64,000 nt of DNA from NCBI GenBank assembly GCA_951406725.2, contig OX597822.1, forward strand, positions 81,530,001 through 81,594,000, in the 5' to 3' direction. The notes under the pieces are model-generated. The model was given only the letters and a program-made list of their open reading frames with translations, had not been told where the DNA came from and made no database searches. This document shows positions 12,851-25,847 of this stretch, one piece after another (position 1 is the stretch's first letter; every line of letters begins with the position of its first letter). The position numbers were made by a program, and so were the translations under genes. This DNA is from Octopus vulgaris (taxonomy: Eukaryota).

Positions 12851-13297
12851 GCGTGTATGTGTCTGTGTGAAGGACGCGTGACCTTCAAATTCCTGGACAG
12901 CAATTTCAATCCCGATGAAAATGCGCAGGGTTTTTTTCCCCAGTTTAGGGGCTCATCTTGAGAAACCAGTCACTTGCTTTTGCCGTTCTGTTAGTCAGAG
13001 AAGAACAACGTCCACGACCTGAGGGAGTTTCTTTGCGATTAAGTGGCCCAGTGGTTCGAGTGCTTGCACTCACGATTGCAAGAGCGTGGTTTCAATTCTC
13101 GGATCGGATGGTGCATTATGTTTTTGAGCAAAACACTTCATTGCACATGGCTTCAGTCCGTTCAGCTGTAAATGAGTAATCATGCGCCCTATTGGCTGTT
13201 TAGGGGAAATGTTGGGATTTTTGCTCACTTATATGCCGCGGAAACTAGGTAACTGACCCTATGAGTCATGGAGCTCGAGATAGTAATGTCCTGGGAT

Positions 13298-13330
<33 letters not shown>

Positions 13331-13461
13331 CGACGACGATAATGATTTTGACGATAATGATGATGGTATTCATGATAATCATCTTCATGATGATGACTAT
13401 GATGATGACGACGACGAAGGTGATTTTGACGATAATGATGATGATAATCATTATGATCATG

Positions 13462-13492
<31 letters not shown>

Positions 13493-13565
13493 TGATGGTG
13501 GTGGTGGTGGTGATGATTTTGACGATAATGATGATGATGATGATGATGGTGATGCATATGATAAT
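13298..13565. repeat. (GAT)n compound microsatellite
   Basis: Direct reading. Confidence 0.95.
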
Positions 13566-15246
13566 GGTAACGAGTCTAGTGAGAGGGTTTCTATCTTCCA
13601 ACTGGAGGCTTGTCCCCGAATGCTTGCAACAGAGTGATCTCCGCAAAAGGCGCCCAAAGAACGGGCTGGGGATAGAGCTGTTAAACCGGCTGATGCGTTA
13701 AGCCAGCCACCAAAGAAGTAAGGACACAAAGAGTTGGAACAAATATCGCCCTAACGCCTCTACCAATCCACCGCCCTAAACTGGTGCTTTATTTCAGCAA
13801 ACCCGAAAATAATGAAAGATAACGTTGACCACGGTGGGCCCCAAAGCTCTAATGAATCTGCCCGGCTGAGTGATTAGAATCGAGGTAGTTTACAAATTAT
13901 GTTGTATGTTTAGGTCACTCGGACCCCGCACTCCGGATTTCCTCCGCAAAATCGAGATAACTGCGGCCCGGCTTAAACACGAGCCCAGCAAGGAGGGGTG
14001 GATGTTGCAATGAGTATTGCTGGCCATTCTCCACAGCAACACCTTTGCGATTCAATACACGAGGCACAGCTAAACACACCCTTTTTTCTGGGGGGATGGG
14101 GTACAACCCGCTACTCCCTCCCACCCCATCTTCTGCTGCTTAATCCCCACCCATCCCTTTATTCTTTGTTTCCATGGTGATGTAGTTATGGGTGGGGCTT
14201 CTCAATAATTCAATCTTTTGCACTTTAAATGTTTTCTTTCTTTTCTTCCTGTAAAAATATGTTGATAATAAAATCTAGTTCAAAGGTTAAAAAAAAACAA
14301 TAACAGTTTACAAAACTGTACATAGACTTTACAAGAATTTGTATGGTAGCTTCTAGAGTCCAGGGTTACATAACAAGTACAGAGAGACGGAACAAATATC
14401 TTTTCAACTATAAGCACATGGTCTTTTATTTTGTAGGGAGGAGGCTAGTCGAGTTCATCGACCCCAGTACTCCACTGGTACTTATTTTATTGACCTCGAA
14501 AGGATGAAAGGCGAAGTCAACCTTGGCGGCATTTGAACTCAGAACCTAAGGACAGGGAAATGCTGCTAAGCATTACGGCCGGCGTGCTAGCGGTTCTGCC
14601 AGCTCGCCCGGCGCCTTAGACGGAACAAATATCGCCAATCACTTTATTCTACGCGCAAATGGTTCGAACAAACTGATCGATGAAAGACTGATTGAGTTCA
14701 GAAATAACAAATTTTAGGCGCAAGCATGGAAATGTTGTTAAGAAACTAGCGTTGCAGCCTCTTGGTTTTGGGGTTTGGTACCACTGCGCGGCACTTTGGG
14801 TATCTTCTGTTGTAGCCCTAGACCGACCAATGTCTTGTGAGTGAATTCGGTGAAAGAAAACTGCGTGGAAGCCCGTAGTATAAATGTGTGCGTATATGAA
14901 TTTTTACATGTGTTGCTTTGTTTATATTCCCGTAACTTAGCGCCTCGGCAAAAGAGACCGACAGAGTAAGTACCAGGCTTTAAAAATATGAATACTGCGG
15001 TTGATTTGTTCGAGTAAAATGCTCCAGCGTGGTCATAGTTCAATGGCTGAAACAAGTAAAAGATCTAAAAAATATTTTACAAAACTGTTCAGAGATTTTA
15101 ATAAGATCCAGCACACTTGAGTTATTTATTAATCTGTTCTTATTTCCCTTTCTAAATGCATAAATTATGAAAATTTGTGTCTCTTCTCAACTATGCTCGA
15201 GGAACGGTGTCCTCTCAAGGCATGGGAACAATGAGCCGCGGCTACG

Positions 15247-15570
15247 AGAGCCTCACAGGTCTGGGAGCCTAGTTTTGATCTATATATAATGTGGCTTGCA
15301 ATTAACAAATACTATAGGGCCCAGTGAACTGATATGCCCGGGAGCCTCACGGGCGTAGGAAACCAATTCTAATATATGGATGTCGTGGCTTGCTGTCAGT
15401 AAATAAATAGTACAGGGCCCAATGCACTGATTTTCCCGGGAGCCTGATGGGCTTAGGGGCCCAAATCTGATATATGTATACAGTGGTTTGATGTCAATAA
15501 ATAAATACTATAGGGCCCAATTGATTGGTTTTCCCGGGAGCCTGGCGGGTTTAGGGGCCTAATTCTGATC
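15247..15570. repeat. ~98-bp tandem repeat, ~3.3 diverged units
   Basis: Recurring TAGGGCCCA...CCCGGGAGCCT...ATAAATA blocks. Confidence 0.8.
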
Positions 15571-16733
15571 CCGGTGAAGCCGTCGCAGGGAAGGCCTCGA
15601 AACGGTGCGCATTATCTCCCGATGAACTCTGAAACCTTCTGGTATCCCTTATGCGGAGTTTTTGATTGATTGCACTTAAGCTGTTTCTAAGTATCACGAA
15701 ATTACATTGCACAAGCTGAAGTCTTCCCGCGATGTTGCAAGAACATTGTCGGAGAAACTCTGCGAGAAAAGATTCAACGACTCGGTGCCCTTTCGAAAAC
15801 CAATTTTGCTGTTGATTATGATACAAGATTTTATAGAACTTTGGTTGTTTCGGTTGCTGTTGTTTAACCTAAGATCAATTTTGATTAAGTAGATCTGTGA
15901 TAAAAGACGTTCTGGTCGTGATATTTTAGAACCGTCTAGGATAACATTGTGCAAAGTGGGGTTTTTTTTTGTATTTTGTTGGGGTTTTTTTTACATTATA
16001 TTTGGTCCTGAACGGTCAGGAAAATTCGTCGTGAACGTTCGGCCAATTTTAGAATTCAATAAAATGAAAAATGAACAAAGAAGCATTCATGTGTAAAAAC
16101 AAATTCAACATTTTATGTTTTAATGAAAGACGAACTTTAGCAGGAAGAATGAAGGTGAATTTTGGCGAGAAATAGTTAATTTCCTGATTCATAAATAAGT
16201 CTATTCTCGCGAAAAAATTGAACATTGTCTGTGACTTTGGGTTGAGTTGATAATTCTATCATCAAATTTTGACTAACAATAAATTTCTTCCGTTTGTAGA
16301 GGACGGCAAGGAAAGGAAAAGGGTTTTTCTTACTTGATGTTGTTGCCGTTTGTATTTCATGAAATGAATGTAAATGTAAGTTAATTTAAATGAATTTTAA
16401 TGTGATTTAATTGAAATAAATGTTGCACGTTTTAAATTACTTTGACTGCATGCTGGCATAATTCACTTCTTTTAAAACAGCTACAAATACTGTAAAGCTA
16501 ATAAATGATTCGTTGGATTTGAAATAAATACCGACTGCATCTGTTTCTCTGTTTATTACTCCGTTGGTTATTTATTTATTTTATCATAGTATGAGTGGCA
16601 AGACACGATCCATAGCTGAATTTAAACATGAAAACACCGGACATGGCAAGGGTGCTGCTTGTTTGGGTTTTTATTTTTATGTACAGGGTATCATTTTTAC
16701 ACTTCCGAAGTACATACACGTGGTGTTTGACAA

Positions 16734-18401
16734 TTAAATTTGGAAAACTTGTATGAAAGACTGTTGACGTGTAAAGTTCGAAATAGCAATCGTCCTTTTT
16801 GGACCGATGCTAATGGCTTTCGGTCGAATGAGGTTCCGTTCTTTGGGTACAAGCACTCCGCTGAGCGTGCCACTGAAAGTTAAACGCAGTATACGTGACT
16901 GTCCCATTTCTGACAGATAGATAAAACGATCGTCCACACAGACTCCCGCCGGTCCGTCAAGAGGATATTTTCCAATGTATTTGATAGTGAACTTATGACT
17001 ACCATCCAGGCCATAGCAAACGATGCAATCGTTAAGATGGTCAGATATTACTATGTCACCGGCTGGTGTTATAGCCACATAGCACACGCTGTTGGCGATT
17101 TCTCCGAGAATATCTGGTTCAATGGTGCGTATCAGAGTCAAAGAATTGTTATTTACCCGAACGATATCGACTTTCGATGTAAGACAGTGAGTACATACCA
17201 GATGACAGTTGTCCACTTTAGTAAGGCAATAGTAAGACCATTTTGTCACTATGTAATGACTCACTGACATAGGGCAAAGGTGTTTTATGAAGCAGATCTT
17301 TCGTACATTTGGCAAGCTAACCACAAACATGTCATCATCCCATATGCATACGCCGAACGGCCAATATTCCAAAATGCATTCGCTAATCAAATGGCCGGAA
17401 CAAGAGAATAGTTTAAGTTTATTGTTAAAGCTATCTGTCAGAACAATGCAGCCATCATTGAATACAACCATATCGTTGAGATATTTCTTAGAAACCCTTT
17501 CGTCTTCTGTATTTGTAGAAAATTTGAAAATTCGTTGAGGTTTCAGGTACGTAACTAAAGATAACAACTGTTCTTTAATAGTCTCATTTGACTCATCGCA
17601 ATATACTTCGGATGGGCATAATTTCGATACAAGTTCTAGTAAAAGTAAGTCGAAAACTTTCGATTTCTTTTGACTCAGTTGGTAAACACTAGTATCACTC
17701 ATTATATTTTCAATTTCTTGTAAAACTGTCTTTAAGTCTCTGGAAACATTACACTTGGAATATCTATTAAAAAATATTTCTTTGTTTTCCTGACCTTCAA
17801 GCGAATTGTCGATCAGGTCCATTTGTTCTGAGATATACTTCAGTTCTCGATTACACTTGAGTTCCAAATCTTTAACCGATTTGATGTTGTCCGAATCGCT
17901 TCTGACTATCTGCAGTAGTTGTTGTTTTTTCGATTCAATCGCCTTCACGATCATATCGAAAATATCATTATACGCTTTTTCTACATCATCTTTCTGGTTA
18001 TCTTTCAACTGTTTCATATCGCTTATGTTCAGCATGCATTTCACGATACGCGATTTAAAGTCTTCTAAATCGATTTTGTGAGATAAAAGCTCTTTATGAA
18101 TTTCGCTTGCAGCAACATCGATCGGTAGCAAGTATTTAGTGCATTTTGAGTGCAATTGTGACGAACATGTTTTGCAACATAAGGTCTTGCAACGGGTACA
18201 GAATTCACAAAACTCTTTGCTGTGTCCCAAACAAACTAATTTGTTGTCGACTATTTCATACTCATCCCGGTCCTTATCGTCAATAATAGATTTCTTAGAT
18301 GTGTGGATACATGCACAAGACGAACAGACTGTAGAATGAATTTTGTGACCGCAAACAAAACATTTTAAGGAGGTAGGAGACGGCAACGATGAAGAAGACA
18401 T
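16734..18401 (-). CDS. TRIM-like B-box/coiled-coil/NHL (beta-propeller) protein, 555 aa, no RING, single coding exon
   Basis: Intact ORF with CFVC..CSSC..H (B-box1-like), CLGH..FCTRC...CCKTC...H (B-box2), a helical region, and NHL-like blades (VLTDSFNNKLKLFS, IVISDHLNDCIVCY, GPAGVCVD). A polypyrimidine/CAG acceptor lies at 18411, 9 nt before the ATG at 18401. Confidence 0.88.
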   Translation of the reverse strand: MSSSSLPSPTSLKCFVCGHKIHSTVCSSCACIHTSKKSIIDDKDRDEYEIVDNKLVCLGHSKEFCEFCTRCKTLCCKTCSSQLHSKCTKYLLPIDVAASEIHKELLSHKIDLEDFKSRIVKCMLNISDMKQLKDNQKDDVEKAYNDIFDMIVKAIESKKQQLLQIVRSDSDNIKSVKDLELKCNRELKYISEQMDLIDNSLEGQENKEIFFNRYSKCNVSRDLKTVLQEIENIMSDTSVYQLSQKKSKVFDLLLLELVSKLCPSEVYCDESNETIKEQLLSLVTYLKPQRIFKFSTNTEDERVSKKYLNDMVVFNDGCIVLTDSFNNKLKLFSCSGHLISECILEYWPFGVCIWDDDMFVVSLPNVRKICFIKHLCPMSVSHYIVTKWSYYCLTKVDNCHLVCTHCLTSKVDIVRVNNNSLTLIRTIEPDILGEIANSVCYVAITPAGDIVISDHLNDCIVCYGLDGSHKFTIKYIGKYPLDGPAGVCVDDRFIYLSEMGQSRILRLTFSGTLSGVLVPKERNLIRPKAISIGPKRTIAISNFTRQQSFIQVFQI

Positions 18402-18646
18402 TGTTGAGTACTGCAGAATGAAAAAGAAAGAATAGAAAGAATTGGAAGACAATTAACACACACATATCAATCGAAAGGCACTGTGTGCGTGTGTATGTAT
18501 GTGTGTGTATGTATGTGTGTGTATGTGTAAAAGGAATGAGTGTGTGTATGTGAGTGAAGGAAGAGAGAGAAAAAGAAGCAGATCAAGTCAGAGTTGATTC
18601 GATATTTTGATAGAAAGGATAATGTGTGTGTGCGTGTGTGTGTTTG

Positions 18647-18687
<41 letters not shown>

Positions 18688-18754
18688 GCGTGCGTGTGTA
18701 CAAATTATAAGTGTGCGTATGGGTAAAGGTTTTGATAGACGACAGGCATAGACA

Positions 18755-18800
<46 letters not shown>

Positions 18801-18954
18801 AAGAAAGAAAGAGTTAGGCAAATAGATTGACAGAATTAGATAGAGAAAGAGGGAGAGAGAGAGACAGACAGATAGATAGACAGACAGTCAGAGAGATAGA
18901 TCGATCGATAGATAGATAATAGATAGACAGACAAACAGTCATACAGAGTCATAC

Positions 18955-19025
<71 letters not shown>

Positions 19026-21226
19026 CAGACAGCGACAGACACACAAGCAGACAGATAGAGAGAGAGAGGGAGAGAGTGAAAGATAGATGGATAGATAGAC
19101 AGACAGAGACAGACACACAAGCAGACAGAGAGAGAGAGGGGGAGAGAATGAAAGATAGATAGATAGATAGATAGACAGACAGAGACAGACACACAAGCAG
19201 ACAGATAGAGAGAGAGAGATGGGGAGAGAGTGAAAGATAGATAGATAGACAGACAGATAGACAGACAGATTGCCTGACTACGACAGAAAATTATAAAAAA
19301 AAAAACCTGACAACTTGCCTTTGAAAACAGCTTCTCAAGGTAAATCAATGGTTTGTTTATATTTCAGTTTAGTGGCGTTTACAAATCAAAAACTTTCATC
19401 TCAGTTACACATTTCCGTGGAGGACATTCTGTTTATCTTTAGTTCGTTTTCGACTAAAGTTTCCCGTCATAACTTTTTCATTTAACATTTTCCACTTTTT
19501 CTGTTGCTCAATCTGATTGCTTTCCTTACACAAATGTAACTACTATCTTTCTCTCTCTAATCGCTCTCTCTCTCTCTCACACTCTTTTTTCTTAATCACT
19601 CTCTCCTTCAATCTTTTCTTCTCTCTCTCTTTCTCATACATACACACACACACTTACACTCACGTTTTGCTACTCTTTCCGTCTCTTTCTTTTTACCATA
19701 TCTCCCTCTCCCTCTCACTCCTGCTTAATTTTCCTGTCTCCCTCCTTCTCTCCCTCTTGGTCTCTCTCTCTTTCTCTTCCTCTTACTCCCCCTTCGTCTT
19801 AGTCTATTTGCTCTTATCAATCACTCTGCCCACACACAGACACACACGCACACACATTGACACACACAAACATGGTTTCACTCACTCGTTTTCCTTATCT
19901 CTCTTTCGCGTGAGCTCACTCACTCCTTCACTCTCTCTCACTCTCTCCCTCTCTTAATCTAAGCTTCTATCTTATCACTTTTATCCGGCTCTCACTCCTA
20001 CTCACTCATTCTTCCTCTTCTCCTCATTCTCTCACTCGTTCCCTCACTCATAGTCGCTTACATTTCACTCTCTATCAAACACATGTATTTCTCTCTCACC
20101 ATTTCTCCTTCGGCTTCCTTTTAAACTATATTTCGTCCTTTAAACTTCATTCGGCATGCCCATTCCGTCTTTCCCTCTTTCTTTCTCTCTTACGCAATCT
20201 TTTTCGATTTCTTTATTTTCTTACACTTTCTATTTCTTCTCCGCCACATATTCAGTGTCCCTTCCCTCCCATCTCCCCACTACTTTTGTTTCCCTCTCTC
20301 TTTCCCTCTTTAGCTATCCATCTCCGTCTTGCTTTCAATTTCTATTCTCTCGCTGAATCTATTTCATTTCCTATATTTCTCTTCACCCTTTTCTCTTTCT
20401 TTCTATCTCTTTATTTCTTCGCCCCTCTCTCAGTCTCTCCCATCCTCCTCTCTCTAATCTTTTCTCTCTCCTTCCGTATCTTATCGCTGTCTCTTCTTCC
20501 TACTTTCCGCATTTATTTAACACCCGTTAAAGATGCTAGAAATAGAAGTCAAATATCACATAACTAACGTGTCACCTTCTTAAAAACGGAAAGCTACATG
20601 GGAGTTAGCAGTGCTACATAAATTAAGCATTTAACCCGAGACAGAAATGTCTGCAACACCTACGATATTCGTGAGGGCCGATCCGCGGCCACGAAATCAG
20701 TAACGAATTCTTTTATTATTACTGCCAACTTGCTTGCTGATAAAATCTCGCGTGATCTTGTGTCAACGTAACCCAACTGCGATTCTCAAATTACGAATAT
20801 TAAAATGTTGTATATATTTTTATTGCTATCAGTTTTCATCTACCCCCAATTCATTCACAATGCTTTCAGTTGACCCACATTATTCTCGGCTGTTTATTGT
20901 TAATCCGAGATTCTTGATTTAGCAACTAAGAGTAACTTCGGTTCTTATCTTTTACTTGTGGCGGTCATTGGACTGCAGCCATGCTGGAGCTCTGCCTTGA
21001 AGAAATTAGTCAAACTAATCGACACCAATGTTTATTATATTATCGGTCTCTTTGCCGAACCGCTAAGTTACGAGGATGCAAACGAACCAACACCGGTTCT
21101 GAAGCGGTGGTGGGGAACAAAGACGCGCGTGCGCGCATGTGTTTATGTATGTATATGTACGTATGTACGATGGGCTTCCATGAAGTTTCCGCTTACTACA
21201 TTTACTCAGAAGGCGTTGGTTGGCTC

Positions 21227-21376
21227 CACTAGTGTAGCTAGAATGTGTGTGGCCCTTCCGTTTACCGACCCCGGATCCCACAAAAAAACATATACTGCCT
21301 ACTGCAATAGCCTACAACAGGATGAAAAGTGCCACCCGAGGCGGAGTCACCACCACCACCACCAGCTACGCTAGTA
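21227..21376. mobile_element. MITE inserted into a family A SINE
   Basis: TIRs CCACTAGTGTAGCT / AGCTACGCTAGTAG flanked by TTGGC(T/C). Confidence 0.65.
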
Positions 21377-21942
21377 GTTGGCCTGCGGCTACAATAGAAG
21401 ACGCTCGGTCAAGGTGCAGTGCAGTGGGGTTGAACCTGAAACCGCACGATTGCAGAGCGAGCTTTTTAACCACACAGCCATGCTCATGCCTATAATAAAA
21501 TATTACACTTTTTTCCTTATTGAGTACACACACACATACATACATACATACATACATACATACATACATACATACATACATACATACATACATACATACA
21601 TACATACATACATACATGAGTACTCCGTCGGTTACGACGACGTGGGTCCCAGCTGGTTCGATCAACGGAACAGCCTGCTCGTGAAATTAACGTGCAGGTG
21701 GTTGAGCACTCCACAGTCACACGTGTATCCTTAACGTAATTCTCAGGGAGATTCCGTGTGATACAGTGTGTGACAAGGCTGGCCCTTTTGAATCACAGGA
21801 AGAACTCATTTTTGCCAGCTGAGTGGACTGGAGCAATGTGAAATAAAGTGTCTTGCTCAAGGACACAACGCGTCATTGAGAATTGAACTCACGACCTTAC
21901 GAGCGTGAGCCGAATGCCCTAACTAATAAGCCACGCGCCTTC

Positions 21943-21981
<39 letters not shown>

Positions 21982-22007
21982 TGCATGCATGCACGCACGC
22001 ACGCGCG

Positions 22008-22093
<86 letters not shown>

Positions 22094-22194
22094 TACATAC
22101 ATACATACATACATACATACATACATACATACATACATACATACATACATACATACATACATACATACATACATACATACATACATGATGATGG

Positions 22195-22530
22195 CCGTCC
22201 ACTCGTGATGGAAAAAACCATTGCTTACATTTAGGAATATTGTGTGTTCCAAGACTGACTTATATTTTGCATTTCCAGCTCCGTTGGTGGCTAATGGGCC
22301 CTGCTCTTGACAAGCATACACGACTGCAGATATTGCAAACCAAACTTTCGCCATTCACTACGCTAGCAGTGTGCTTTCGAGCGGCACGCTTATGTTCTTC
22401 ATGCAGAATACATACTCTCTCAAAAGTGTCGACTCCTTCCTTAACCTGCTTCCTCCATCTGTGGCGATGACAGGCATTGCTCTCCCAGTCAGTTTCCTGA
22501 ATATCACAGGCTTTTAATGAGGACTTGACA
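22195..22530 (-). mobile_element. RTE-clade LINE 3' fragment with C-terminal zinc finger
   Basis: KSSLKACDI..WE..A..R..WR...G...FE...CNICSRVCLSRAGPISHQR. Confidence 0.8.
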
Positions 22531-24859
22531 CATACATACATGGTGGCTGCCCCTTCGTTATCGAGTATGGCCATTGCACGAAGCTTAATCAATGTTGCTA
22601 TCGTGCAATGCCTGTGCAAGATTTTTTTTTCAAGTGAGGAAAAGCTGTGCACCGAGTCAATCCCACTCACTAAGTAACAGCAGCCATAATCCGAAAAGAA
22701 GAACAAGTCAACATCATCGGTAACCACTGAGCCGCAGGTTTTATGTCGGAGTCATTCCAGTTACTTGAGTTACCTTCTCCTAGAAGGATGCCCTAACAAA
22801 GGCTAGGAGTCCTTCACTCCCAATGGTTTAACCGCGCGATCGGGTATTCAGTCTGATTATTTCTATGTCCTCGCGCATGATACATCCTTAAGAGATTTAT
22901 TGGATGGCCGTTTACTCTCAAGAGTTCCTCCGCACTTACATACATACATACATACCCTATTGTTGACGTTGAAATTCCAATGAAGTAGCCTTGGATCTAG
23001 ATTACAAACCGGCTCTTTCTCTATTGGCAGGAAATCTTGATATAAAACTGAATGATGACAGACATAGAACTGCTTCAAAACCTGCTTTTATATCCAGATT
23101 ATAAATTCACATTTATACCAATAAGTAGTACACGATGTTTTGTGAATAAAAGCCTATCTGACATTCTAGATTAGCTTGGATTTTCGGGAAAATAATCAAC
23201 CGACTTGTACATTACAAATACAATCTATTAATAGAACAGTAAAAATATGTAAAACTTTTTTCTCAAGTTTAAAGTGTGACATTGTTCTTGTTTTCTACAT
23301 TCCAAAAATGGAGCTTTGTATCTTTGTCGGAAAGCAATAGGGTTTCTCATTTACAATAAAGTGGATTGAAACAACGTGAAATGAAGAATTCAAGAACACA
23401 ATGCAATCGAAACCACGTTTTTTGGATTCGTCAGTGCAATACCCTAACCACTACCACGTACCTCCACAAAAGCTATCAATTCCTGTTATATTACCATTCA
23501 CCTCTTTTGCCAAGTGTGTCTCAGTGGAGAGTATAGCTAACCTAAATAATCTATCACTACCGATTGTTGAACGAAGGTACTATTGAATGCGCGGGAGTTG
23601 ACCAAACGATTATTCCTCAACGGTGCTAGTAATGTGAAATATTTCAAAAATGTGGCACAAAATAGAGAAATTAGGATAAATGAAATACATGCTATTGGTA
23701 ATCATGAGTTTAAAGATTCTGTTGATGGTCAGTCCCTCAACATTTGTATTTACCATACTTGTAGTACGTATCTTCGAACGAAAGAAATTCGTACAATTTT
23801 AGACTGTAGTTGACGTTTGAGAAAATGACTTCGTTCACATCGTATCTGTTGTTAAAATATTTTGGATCTCAAACGCTGCGTTCGGAAGCTACAGTTGTTT
23901 TTTGGTTATTGTTCTTTAAAACGCTCGGATATTTTAGCTCTTCTGTTTTGAACAAGAATGAAAGCACAGCAAATAGGTTTCAACTATTTTCTCTTTTACT
24001 CCTTTCGGTCACTGGATTACAGCCATGCTGGAGCACCGCCTTGGTGGTTTAATCGAAGAAATCTACCCCAGTAGTAATTTTTTAAAGTCTAGTGCTTATT
24101 CGATCGGCGTCTTTGGCATAGTGCTAAGTTACAGGAATATAAACAAACCAACACCTGTTGTTAAGCGGTGGTCATGGGAAAGACACCAATTCAAAGATAC
24201 ACCTACATGCATGTATATATATTCTTTTTCTCTCTACTTTCCTCTTTTATCTCCCTTGTATCTTTCCCTCTGTCCCTTCCTCTCTCTCTCTCTCTAGTTC
24301 CTTACCTAATTCTTCAATCCCTCTGCCTCCTACCTCTATCTGTTCCTCCCATGTTATCGGTGTGCGGCCAAGCATGATCTTTCTTTCTTGGCTTGACTGT
24401 CGCCCGCAAAACACCTTATTTTCCTGTCCCCTGACTTTCATCTTTGTGCCCTTAAGGCCTTCACTTTACACGCCAGCTCAATTTGTCCTTATTAGTCGAA
24501 AGACACCTGTTGTTGTTATTGTTGTTTGTATTTGTAATCATGTAACATTTTCTCCGGGTTTTTTTTAATCCATGTTGTCGCACATATTCGTTCGGTTTCT
24601 TCCAAAACTTTTATGCCCTTAACTTAGATTTTTAGAGCCTACCAATTTTGAACAGTCTCAAGTATAACAGGCCGAAACTGTAATGATGATTGGGAGCTTC
24701 ACTGATGAAAGAAAGCCACGAATGTCCTGTCCTGGTTTTTCCTATCCTTGTATCATCTATCTCTCCGTATTTTTTGTACACGTTTCATGACGTCCTGTGC
24801 TCGCGTATGCTAATATATATACGTATAGATGTGGGTATGTAAATATACGTATGTATATA

Positions 24860-24907
<48 letters not shown>

Positions 24908-25000
24908 CATTGTTTATATTATTATATGATTGAACACCACGCATCCTCTTCCAAGTAAGTTTTATCTATCTATCTATCTCTATATTTAAATATATATATA

Positions 25001-25157
25001 TATTGGGTTGGTGCATGATTATTGCGGCTTTTTATTAACAAATTTTATTCAACTAAAACAATAACATGTAACAAAAACATCTTTAAATGATTATTCCGGA
25101 GCATATTCACCATCTACTTCAATTACCACTTCCCATTCGCTTGGCAGACGGTCAGAC
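25001..25157 (-). mobile_element. mariner 3' remnant
   Basis: Minus strand reads DRLPSEWEVVIEVDGEYAPE*, followed by a TIR-like end (plus-strand ATTGGGTTGGTGCA) next to TA. Confidence 0.65.
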
Positions 25158-25164
25158 CGTAATT

Positions 25165-25196
<32 letters not shown>

Positions 25197-25200
<4 letters not shown>

Positions 25201-25847
25201 AAATTAATTAAGGGTAGAAATTGATATTTATCAATTAAGACCAGTGGTCTAGCATATTAAAAAAGAATCCGAAGATTAAAATATTTATATATACCAATTA
25301 AGGACTGAACACGAAAAGTGGACAGTCAACATGCTAGATATAGACGTCAAATCGTCATTCTCCACAAAAGATTATGTTCTCAGATCAAACTCAACACAAA
25401 ACCATAGCAATAAACAAGTGAAAAATATACGAAATAAAATAATTACCCATGTACTAACTTAGTTTCAGCTGTTATTTTCCGCAAGGAAAACTGCAGCCAT
25501 CATCAGCATGGTCCGTTATAAATGTAATTTGCTGGACTAAATGCAAACACGATACCGAAATATCGCGTGCATGGAGTTCAGCCTATTACATTTGAATATA
25601 TCTTTCAAATGCCTTTACTTTGGCGCGTTGAGACCCGAGAAAACTAGCCTGCAGCTAATAATTAGCAGCAGTTAATTTATCGGTTAGAGAACATTTATTT
25701 ATATAAAATTAATTAAGGGTAGAAATTGATATTTATCAATTAAGACCAGTGGTCTAGCATATTAAAAAAGAATCCGAAGATTAAAATATTTATATATACC
25801 AATTAAGGACTGAACACGAAAAGTGGACAGTCAACATGCTAGATATA
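25197..25847 (-). mobile_element. Penelope/retrozyme-like unit: 505-bp period with 146-bp direct terminal repeats
   Basis: 25197-25342 repeats at 25702-25847; TA-rich flanks; contains a hammerhead. Confidence 0.75.
25447..25511 (-). ncRNA. type I hammerhead ribozyme
   Basis: CCAUG-CUGAUGA-U-GGCUG..UUUUCC(UUGC)GGAAAA..CAGCU-GAAA-CUAAGUUAG-UA-CAUGG; all three stems pair; GUA cleavage triplet. Confidence 0.8.

Noticed and set aside
15565-15612. Possible hammerhead (CCGGUGA...GAAACGGU)
   Set aside because: Two core mismatches and no convincing helix I.
18402-18452. ORF-track N-terminal extension of the TRIM-like gene
   Set aside because: Starts at TTG and is the polypyrimidine tract and acceptor of an intron.
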